Positions 53,756-64,000 of a DNA stretch of 64,000 nucleotides are shown one piece after another. Below the pieces are notes generated by a model that did no database searches, was not told the origin of the DNA, and saw nothing but the letters and a program-made list of their open reading frames with translations. The number at the start of each line of letters is the position of its first letter. Positions within the stretch are counted from its first letter, which is position 1. Source of the stretch: Diadema antillarum (lineage: Eukaryota); NCBI RefSeq assembly GCF_040938485.1, contig NW_027271507.1:1798001-1862000 (forward strand), written 5' to 3'. A program made the translations under genes and the position numbers.

Positions 53756-55494
53756 AAATGCTAAGGAGTAACCGCTTCCACTTTTGCTGTAGTGAATAAG
53801 AGCTGGAAGAGACATGCCGTCTTTGTGTCTTCTGTGCTCCGTTTTCCTTCCTGTTAGACCCCATTCCCAACCATGTCAGGTACATTACAGCTTCAAGAAG
53901 TTGTTCAAAATTAGAAAATAAAAAAGAATGTATGTAATGAAGTATATGCTTCCTTTCTGTCCACTCTTTAATAAGACTAAAAACAAGTTGCCATGTCCCT
54001 TTCAAAGACTTATGCTGTTAATGCAGTAATAGTTAATGTTTTATTGTCAAAGTGAAGACTAGATATGCAAGTCAAATACTGTAAACAATGTTAAGGTTTA
54101 GAATTTTAATGCTGATGGGTTTTGTAAGCTCTTTTTGTACTACTCAATAGAACCAAAGATGGGACATTGTCCACGTCATCAAAGCAAGCTGTAGTATTTC
54201 ATTTTCCCAGTACATTACAAGTGCCAAAGGGATTACATGAATCGCCAAATATTTGCAGTCAGTATCAGAGTTATGTTAATAATTCATCAATAAATGCGAA
54301 GATGATTTTGGGAGATAAGGTGAGAAATATCTCTTCTCCATCAATTTTGTAATTTCATTTTATGTGTGATGTGCTCTGTCACACTGTAAAATGCCGATTT
54401 TTGATGATCAGATGTTCACTTACAGTGCCTAATCTGTATGAAGATAAAGGACTGGGTATACTGAAATTTGTTTCCTCCGCCATCGTATACTGAGTTCCCC
54501 TTTGTTAAGCCAATGCGCCTGATGGTGCCATAATAATTTATTGATGCCTTAGTTGTTGTTTCTGTCTTTTTCTTTTTTTAACACTGTCAATTTTGTTTCT
54601 TTCTTTCTTTCTGGGGCCTACTTTGGTGGTTTTTCCTGCAATTTTTTCTGAAATGGTAATGAATACTTTCAAAGCATTCCTTTTGTTCTTGTGCTGTAAA
54701 TGGAAATGATGGGATTATTTTATGATGTGATTGTAAAATGTACATACCACAAGATACAAGCAGAATGTGAATGTATATAGGCATTTTGGAGGCAGGCTAC
54801 TGTGTAAATAGTAACATGCAAATGTGAAAGTGAGTGCAGAGATGATTTGGTTTTTACCATTTTAAGCTTGTAGAATATTAAATACGTAATTTATTTCTCA
54901 TCTCAGGAGAGTGTTTTGTGTCTTGGTTGATTTAATTTTCTAATAATACATTTTGACATAGAATGTTTTCCAGACTCTGTCCTGCAGGCCTTATGCAGGC
55001 AAGTTGATTGCTGTGTCAGTAAGAATATAAAGGGAACAATATTTGGGGTTTACAAGAACACAATTGCACCTGATTAGTTGGCCATTCTTTTTTTTTTTTT
55101 AACTTTAACTCTTTTGATAAAACAAAACAATTCCAGAGTTAATATCTCAACTTTGGAAATTCCTAAATGTAAAACTGCACTTTACAAGAGTAGACTTGCA
55201 GTTACAGGTAGTGATAGATATTGATGCAAAAAATGCTAATGGATCGCAGAATGAATACCAGTCTTTGATGTTACATGATAGTTACACTTTAAGCCAGTTT
55301 TTGAGAGGGAGAGAGGGGAGTAAGTTTTTAACTGCATGAATGTAATTTGCGTATCGTCTTGGGTGGAAGATAAGAGGGTGTCTCATAGAATTTAATTGAG
55401 CTTGCCCAAAATCAAATATTTTCTTGCCCAAAATCAGATATTGCATGAAGATTTTCATCAGCAAATGCTTGATGTGATGCCATTAAATTTAATG

Positions 55495-55529
<35 letters not shown>

Positions 55530-56702
55530 TACTGAGGGTAAAACTCGCGGTAATGCAGTTTTCAGTACACGTATCAGTTATGTGGATATGAGACCATACT
55601 ATCCTAACCAAGATCCAAATCAGTGATGCAGTTAAACAGAACAAAATCTCAGAGTTCAAGTGTGTTGGAATATCAAAAGCATTCGCAAGAAAAATTGGTC
55701 TTTCAAATTTTTTTGAGAGCAGAGTATGCTTTAATCAGTCACTTTAAGAAACATGTTGGGTGTGGTTTTAGTTGACTCTACCATTCCAAGGATGTATGCC
55801 ATGAACATTCCTTTCTCTTCTTTCCTTTCCTATTACATGTCTTAATCATATGAGGATGAAATTCTGATTAATTTTTTTTTTTAATGGTACATGTAGTATG
55901 AGTACTTAATAGTTAGAAAGAATGGTGTGTGCTTACAGTAAACAAACTTTGTCCCTAATACATATGTACTGTGAGATTGGAGTCTCCACAGGATGTATAA
56001 TTCTTGCCACACAGCTAGTTTTGTATTCTGATCCACGGCTAACTTTCAGGATAGAAGCTTCCAAAGGTAGTTCGTCATCAGCTTTGCACATCTATTTTGT
56101 GATAGGTCATGTGGCAGTCATCAAACAGTGAAGTTCCTTCCTCTTTACACAGTAACATGCATGATCTGATAAAATGGAATATTGTCTTCTATTCTAAAAA
56201 GATCGCTCCTAGGGTTCATCATGAAGCACACTTGCTGCTATTAGAGATGTGAATTATAATATGTGGGGTACACTGTGTGGAGAAAAAATATGACATAAAT
56301 GCTATGTACACTCACTTGAAATGATATAGTTTGCAATGTGCAGGATAAAAGCTGATGCAGATCCATGGGGAGTTAAACTTGTTCAATCAAATTTTAAAAA
56401 TAATGATACATGTCTCTACACATTCTGAATATCTTGTTACGTTGACTAACTTGAATCATTTCAAATATTGGTTGCCTTATTTTTGACATGACTGTTTGAA
56501 ATTCTTTGAGATAAGAATGGATTTGTCAATCCACTCCCAATAATACCAAATGATGAAGCAATGTTCAAAATGTGTCTGTAATTGTAGGATATGAAATGTA
56601 CTGCAAGCTGTTCTGTGTACAGTAGAAGTTATTGTATATCCAAAGTATGTAAATGAACGTGTACCATAAGATCAATATTGGTGTGTGTTGTCCTGTAACA
56701 AA

Positions 56703-56708
56703 AATAAA
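56703..56708 (+). terminator. candidate distal poly(A) signal of ALMS1
   Basis: AATAAA followed by a GT-rich tract, near where base composition changes from T-rich to A/C-rich. More proximal AATAAA hexamers also exist near 53917 and 54289. Confidence 0.35.
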
Positions 56709-56892
56709 TATGAAAAGTAACAATGGGCAAAGCTGCCGACCAAGAAGAGATAAATGCAACAGATGTGTCATCTTGTATTGTTTGTTATATCATATTTGTC
56801 TGCTTATGAGTGTATATGTGAAGCCATGACAAGAGTAAAGATTGAGAGAAAAGTCTGAATACAGTGTATATCATTGAGAAAAAAAAAGTAGA

Positions 56893-56898
56893 TTTATT
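56893..56898 (-). terminator. candidate poly(A) signal of the minus-strand gene
   Basis: TTTATT on + with a T-rich downstream tract on the - strand. An alternative signal lies near 63016-63021. Confidence 0.3.
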
Positions 56899-59122
56899 TA
56901 AAATTCATGGGCATTGTGCCAGTCATGCACTTGTGATTTCTAAACATAGAAACACTGAACTAAGCAAAAACAACATACATGTATAATACATGGCATGGGA
57001 GAGATTTATCTTATATTTCAAGTACAGCTGAACAGGGGTCAGCTAGTAAAAACATATTACATTGCAGGACTCATCCAAACTGATTTGATAAAGCATTTCT
57101 ACTTTGTGTATTCCTTAATTCCAGAATCCTCTTGACTTTCTCCAAAATGCAAATGCCCCCTAATCAAGATTTTTAGCATAGATGTGTACATATACACATG
57201 AATTAACCCAAATAATCAGCACATACACAGTACATTATAAATGATAATGTCATCTCAAACATATCTCACTTTGCTAAAGAAATCACATTCCTAACCTTCT
57301 ATTAGAATGATTATCCCCATGAGCTTTGACTGCTATACCGGTGCGCAAAGACATCTCTACGTATGTTAATGAACAGGAGTTCTGATCGGAACATAAAGAA
57401 TAAGATAAAGCCTTCAGATTGGAACATAGAAACCTATATGATGACAATGAGAAGATGTACATAAATTCATAAAAATCTGCACTTTCCTTCCATTGGTATC
57501 CTTCATATACAACTTTACAAATTCATCTCACATAATTTCAGTGTTACAGAAATATGCACTATGGAAATATTGGCACAAACATATATCTCAAGGTGTACAA
57601 GAAAAGTAGAATACTAGGGGGGCATTTCATCAATGTTTTGTCAGTGATTTTCATCGACAAATTTGCTCTCAGCCAATCAGATGCAAGGATTTCAGTAGCT
57701 TAAAACAGTTGTCAGTGACTGACGAGTTTCATGAAACGGAACTCTGGTCTATGGTGGCTAAATCTATTAGAAGTGGTATGTGAAATACACATCACAAGTA
57801 CTGTAACAGGTATGCATAATTTAAAGGAAACTATTTCCTGGAATGTGAAAGTGGTGAGACTCAAGATGAAAGACAGCTTTGTTCATTTGCACATCAAAAG
57901 TATAACAAAATATACAATCTTCACACAAACGTCTTATCAAACACATATAGAACTGGCTACAAGCATTTACAGCTGTATCTACACACAAGACATGGTATGA
58001 AACTTCAGACTTGTTTTTTAAGAAAATGGAAACAATTTCTTACCAACATAGATAGTACTAAAAATGTAATCTATATTGCTGCAATTTAAAGTCACTATAA
58101 TAAATTGCCACCCCCCCCCCCCCCCCCCCCCATTAGCATACATGTTGTATGTGCATTGCCTAGTCCAGTCCATCAGTCTTGCTGAATGCACAATCTGCAA
58201 AATCTTAGACCTAAAAATCAGGGATGCCAGTTTTCCGGCAGTAGCCGGAATTCCGGCTTTTTCATATTTTGGTGTCCAATTTCCGGCTTCGTGATATTAT
58301 TTCCGTCTGTGTGGGAAAGCCGGAAAACACGAGAAAGAAACAAAGAAAGAAAGAAAGATGAACGAAAAAATATGATCATCTAAACTTGCGGGACATTCAC
58401 TTTCACGATTTCCGTAGTATGTTTCGCATATACTTGGGCATGAGAATATCACAAAACGACTGTCATGCAAAACTAGCGCGATGTTGCTGCTGCTAGCTGG
58501 GACATGCAACACGTGCGATGATAGCGATCGAACAGTGTGTGGTGTTTCTATGCGATGTACTATGTGCGGTGCATGAATCATACTGCACTCTCGCTATAGC
58601 TACAGCGCTGAGACGGTGTGGTGAGTCGATTGAGTCAGCTGAACGAAGCAAAACTACGGAGTTTACGGCACTAGGACTTCTTTATTTTTGCTACAAATTC
58701 ATTTCTCTGGAGAATACGACCACATTATTGTCCGGAAAGCGTTATGGAACATCCAAACGACGGAGTTACAGTACCGTTAGTACCGCATCGGAACTTCTTT
58801 ACAAATTTTCAGATTCATTTCTTTATCATGATCATGTTAGGAGATGTTTATTGGATAGGTACCACAGCACCACTTGCACAGCGTCTGGAAAGTGTGACGG
58901 AACATTACTAATCATCTGATTGTGATTGCTTACACGAATGTTTCGCCTTCTCAGAGGCCCAAGCTGAGGGAGCTTGCATGGTTTGACTATTATTTGTTTT
59001 AATACTTACTGCTGGATTACTGCCTACCACCGTACCGGGTAAGGAATTGATTGATATTGTTGTTGTTGTTGGTTTTTTTTGGCCTACCGGTACTCATTGA
59101 CTGCAATCCACATGGACTAAAA

Positions 59123-62100
59123 ATGGCATTGGAAGTAGGAAGAGGCGCTGATGTTAAATTGATTGATGCTGGCGTGAAGAATAAGTTTAATTGGCGGTGG
59201 CTAGAATCAAAAGACACTGATGTATGTTTTTTGTTGGATTACATTCGTAAACTGGATGTAGCAGGGAAAGCAATATGCAAAGTGTGCTACCAAACAATTT
59301 CATACGGCAGTTCTGGAATCAAGGCACTGGTGAAACATGGCAACTCTGATACACATAAGAAGGCAAAGAAGATACATGCCACTATCTACCAAACACTGCC
59401 AGGAATCTTTAAAGCCGCAAATGCAGTAGAGTCAGGAGAAGCTGGCAAGGGAAATGAGTCTGTAGGGGGGAAGCAAGAACACTGTAGTCTGCCATATGGT
59501 GCTCCTCCAAATGTTCACCAATCAGATTTATGTTCTGGTAAAGAGAGATGCCCCTTTACCAAATGTTTCTTACTTAGATAGGAAGGCAAATGCTGAAGCA
59601 ATGGTGGTGTCATTTGTAGCTGAAAATAACTTAACATTTTCGACGACATCAAAGATTTTAGACCTTGCAAAGGAGCTTGCAAAGGACAACAAAGTTTTGC
59701 AGGATTTGTCACTAGACAGGACTTCATGTACATACAAACTCAAAGATGGGCTAGCCATGGTGTGTCATAAACGTCTAGTTTCAGACATGAAGAAGAGCAG
59801 ATTTTCCATTAATATCGATGAGTGTACAGCACAAAACAATAAGCGAGTGTTGAGTGTACTTGTATCATATTTCTCAGAGAGCCTTGGAATGTGTGTTGTA
59901 CAACACTACATGTCAATGAAGATGACAACTGTGAATGCTAATACTGTATATCAAGCTGTCATCAAGGCATTCCGGGAAGATGACATTCCTTTGGAGAATG
60001 TGGGGTCCTCATTGAGCAACTCTGCAGCGTACATGCAAGGCAAAAACTCTGGCTTTGAAAAGAAACTACGTGATGTAGCACCACATATGCTCGACATAGA
60101 TGGTGATTTGTGCCATCATGTACACACCACTGTCAAAAAATTCTGTGCACATTTTGATATGCATGTCGAGAGGCTTGCAGATGATCTCTTTCATGATTTC
60201 CACTATAGCCCTGATCTACAAGAACATTTGTCAGACATCTGTGATTTGCTTGGAATTGCATGTAAAATTCCTACAGAAAGGATTGCCCATCGCTGGCTGT
60301 CAGCTTTACGATGTTACATGCCGGAATGTTGAAATGTTAGAAGCGTTGACCATCTTTTACTTTGCATGGGTTGATGTGGACAATCTCTCTGCATGTGAAC
60401 GCATGATCAATGATATCATCAGGAAAGTTGATCCTGCAAAGTTCCTAGTAAACAAGAAACAGCTTGACAGCATTTTGATCAAACTGAAATCCAAGCAACT
60501 GACAGCTAAAGGGCTTGCTAGGAAGAAACGGATAGTTGAACGGCTCTTCAACCAGCGTCAGCTTATGCATGCATGTATGAATCTGTACTGTAGTGTCTTA
60601 CCTATGTTCAAGAGCTTTGTGCTAACATTTGAGAAGAAGGAACCTATGGTGCATAAAGTGCATGATGAACTCACGGAGCTCTTTCGAAGTTTCCTAGCAT
60701 GTTTCCTGAAACATGAGACATTGTGTGATCTGTCAGCTAGACAGTTATCTGACTTAGTCATCAATGATGGTAATCTTCGGAAATGTTCAAAGATGTTTGT
60801 AGGTACAAGATGTGAACATGCACTCCTTCAAATGAAGCCTCAAGAGTTTCAAACATTCCTCAACAAAGTAGGGAATGGATATAAGAGTGCTGGGATCTAT
60901 CTGCAAGAAAAGCTTCCTCTGAAAAACAAGCTGCTCCAGATGTTGTCAGCCATTGACCCCAAAGCAGAAGGACATGCATTTACTTGTTCCTACCTCCAAG
61001 GCCTGCCAAAGGAAATGAAAGTAAAACTACAGGGGAAACTCGGTATAACGAACACTGCTATAACGAGATATCGGTTACTACGAGGAAATTTTCCCGGTCC
61101 CAAATTTCCTTCCACACAAGTCTATGTAAAATGCTACTCTTATAGCGAGATCGGCTATAACGAAATAACTGCTATAACGAGATAGAATTTGTGACTTCCA
61201 AACAAGGAAAAACATAGCCAATCAAACCTGTTATAGCGAGGTAAAGCAAAATGTCTTCGGGTAAAGCTTTACTTCGCCTGTGCTATCACCTTCCGAGATT
61301 GTAAAGCTCGATGCGCCAAAAACTGTCTTGTACACACATAATACATTTTCTTCAGAGCTCTCCAGCTAGCACCGCATGTTGTACGTGTATGTGTGTGTGT
61401 GTGTGCACACACTGATACATGCAGAAAATGTGGTGGGACGGCCATATGTATACATGACATCATCATGACGTTTAGAAGGTGTGAGGCAATCTGATGCTGT
61501 ATTTGGCTTTCTACGTAGGGAATTCCCCATCTTCACACACACTCACACGCAGTCATAATGTACACACAGAATGTGTCACATACACACACAACATTGTGCA
61601 GGCCATATTCCACACACAACACACACCCATACCATAACCACATCCCAATCCACAGACGATCTTGACACAATCGCAAGCTATATAAATTTACAAATTCAAA
61701 CATCTTACAATTAATAAGAAACACATTCTTGATATTGGATTTCATTGGCGAAAAGCATCTTCTTACCCATAAAGGTGAGTAATTTCCTCACACACATTAT
61801 CAAGTTATCAGTATTGATTGAAAGATGATGGGTAGTCCCACATGTGCAAATTAATGTCTTTATGATGCTTTCTGTTATGCCTACTGATATAACGAGATAT
61901 CGGCTATAACGAGGAAAATGACTCGGTCCCGACCATCTCGTTATATCGAGTTTCCACTGTATCTCCAACAGAGAAAGATCAGTACAATCTGCAGGCATCA
62001 AATCTTTAGCTTGACAGATCTCTGCCTCCAGTAGAAGACAGACTTGATAAATGGTGGGCAGTGACATTGAAGAAGTATCCAGCACTGAAACCAGTCATTG

Positions 62101-62588
62101 TACCAGCACTGACCATCATCACTGGCGCAAGAATAGAGCAGTCCTTCAGTATCATGAAAAATGTGATCACGGAAACTACTAACAGGCTGAACATTGACAC
62201 ATTCAATGCAATACAAACTGTAAAGTTTGATCTGCTTTCCACAAATGAATCTTCAATTCAAAGGTATCATAGGAAAGATAAGTTTACCTCACCAGTTGAT
62301 CAGTGATCAGTGGCATATCATGTGAGAACAGCATATATCAGACACAAGAGAAAAGTGGCAGAATCCCACACTTCATCTACCAGTTCATGTACCAGCCAAA
62401 AGAGAAAAGTGGCTGAATCCCACACTCTATCTACCAGTTCATCTACCAGCCAACCTCCATCAAAAATGAAGAAAGTCATCCACAAATCAAAGGCAACATC
62501 AAGTGTACACAGTGAAGTTGCCAAAATAAAAACCAAAGTTTTCCTGCAACAGAAACTGAATGTGCAACAGACCAAGAGAAAACGCTAG
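59123..62588 (+). pseudogene. hAT transposase pseudogene
   Basis: N-terminal zinc finger (CKVC...HGNSDTH), SINIDECT, DLCHHVH (CxxH), HRWLS, and a dimerisation-domain-like DKWW..KYPAL..IEQSFS. Frameshifts near 59550 and 60305, stops at 62007 and 62304, and a MITE insertion. Confidence 0.88.
61030..61959. mobile_element. Tc1/mariner(pogo)-like non-autonomous element nested in the transposase
   Basis: TA TSD. TIR CAGGGGAAACTCGGTATAACGA / TCGTTATATCGAGTTTCCACTG. Removing it restores the transposase frame. Confidence 0.88.
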
Positions 62589-63282
62589 GTGAGTACATGT
62601 ATAAAAATTGAAAATGTGTATGTTTTAATTTTCATTTATTTTTATATTAACATCAAAATGACCCCAAATTAGGGGATTAGATTTGAGGGAAGAAGAGCCC
62701 TCAGAAATGCTCAGATTGCACCAGAGAGCATCTAAGAACCCCAGAGCTTCCAGGGCCCTTGAGCGGGCCCTGGACCCCGGCCGAAGGGACTTCGCGTTCG
62801 TGATGTGCGCTTCGCGCACATCAGTTTCGTTCACAAAAAAATTTCAGGCCCAAGAGCAATTTCCCACTGGCATCCCTGAAAAATGCAAGTGTTGAAAAAC
62901 AATTTCCAAGTTTTCATCTGCAGAAAATTAGCAAACTCAATGAAACTACTGTAGGACTAAATTTCATTCTGCCCCAAGCCTAGACCTGTATTCAACCATG
63001 TTAAAGACAAATACTTTTATTACTTACAACAGAAAGTGGTAAGTAGAAAAGGGATGCAGCTTACATCAACATTTATCTCCTGAAAGCATATACAGTAGCT
63101 CCCTGTAAATTACTGGTAATCACTGAATACCAAATGCGTGGCTGCAGTATAATACATCAGATAACACACATATGGGACTAAGTCACTGCATGTCCCAAAT
63201 ACACACATAACATTAGAAGTGCCTATGAATCTGTTTATGAAAATATATATGCTAACACAACTGCCAAGCATAGCCAGCAGAG

Positions 63283-63464
63283 TTAATCCTTTCCTGATTT
63301 CTTCTTCTTTCCCTTCCCTTTCTTCTTCTTTGGTCTCTCCTCCTCCTCCCTATCCTCCATCTGGTCCGCATCTCCATCGAGCTCCGGGTTGTTCCGTGCC
63401 GTTTTGATCCTCTTGTTGAGATCCTTGCTCAGTTTCTTCACGTCATTCTCATTCCCTCCTTTTT
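63283..63464 (-). CDS. terminal coding exon of an unidentified convergent gene (acidic then Lys-rich tail ...REEEERPKKKKGKGKKKKSGKD*)
   Basis: Minus-strand acceptor CCCCTGCTTCACAG|AAAAAGG, purine-rich open frame to TAA. Upstream exons are not identified and probably lie beyond the window. Confidence 0.75.
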
Positions 63465-64000
63465 CTGTGAAGCAGGGGAGCAGGAATGAAGACATTTCAA
63501 GGACAAAGTAGACAAGAATATTTCACGGACAAAGTAGTAACAAATATTTCTATTTACTGGTGTGAAATATCATGCCTGAACAACAGCATGGTAATTCCCC
63601 ATAACAATCTACCTCTCAGAACCTGTTGCCATGGTTTCGGTCTCAAAACACTGAAATGATAAACACCTTTGTGACCACAGCACTTGGGACGTTCAGACTG
63701 TGTAAGTCCAAATTGATTGATAGTGTACAGCTAGTACAGGTATTATCTAGGGTAAAGGGGACTTCCATTATTACAAAGTCCTTGGGAAAGGCAGTTTTCT
63801 TCCATCGTACTGAAATTTCATTTGGGGGACCTGAACTTTTACTTAGTAACAAAATTTGGTTATAACCTTTGTTATATTGGGAGTGCAGTATATTAGCGTC
63901 TTCATTTTTCATTGTTAGTCAGACAATGACCAAATACTTAACACATACAGTGGACTGCCATTATAACAAGGTCCTCGGAACTTGCAGTTTTCTTTCGTTA

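Larger units (their letters stand above)
58219..62878 (+). mobile_element. full-length decayed hAT transposon, 6-bp TSD
   Basis: 13-bp TIRs CAGGGATGCCAGT/ACTGGCATCCCTG, AAAAAT on both flanks, internal transposase remnant. Confidence 0.9.

Overview
This is eukaryotic, AT-rich, intron- and repeat-rich animal DNA. The repeat style suggests a marine invertebrate, possibly a sea urchin (inference). The main gene is an ALMS1 (Alstrom syndrome 1, centriole/basal-body) homologue on the + strand. I assembled 11 phase-consistent coding exons from 35316 to 53755 (about 2211 aa). As given, the C-terminal ALMS motif contains a 1-nt frameshift. A CpG-rich segment at 1-2900 may be its promoter, which would imply a roughly 32 kb 5' intron. 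The 3' end of an unidentified convergent gene lies on the - strand (last exon 63464-63283). A decayed 4.66 kb hAT transposon with 6-bp TSDs lies between the two genes. The rest is a dense set of non-autonomous DNA transposons: Helentron/DINE-1-like elements, TA-TSD MITEs, TTAA-TSD Kolobok/piggyBac-like elements, and Harbinger-like and hAT-like MITEs. The most striking observation is that the Helentron-like elements carry tandem homotypic arrays of transcription-factor-like sites. One carries 13 RFX X-box-like palindromes upstream of the coding exons of this ciliary gene, and another family carries nuclear-receptor DR1 repeats. I found no RNA genes and no CRISPR arrays.
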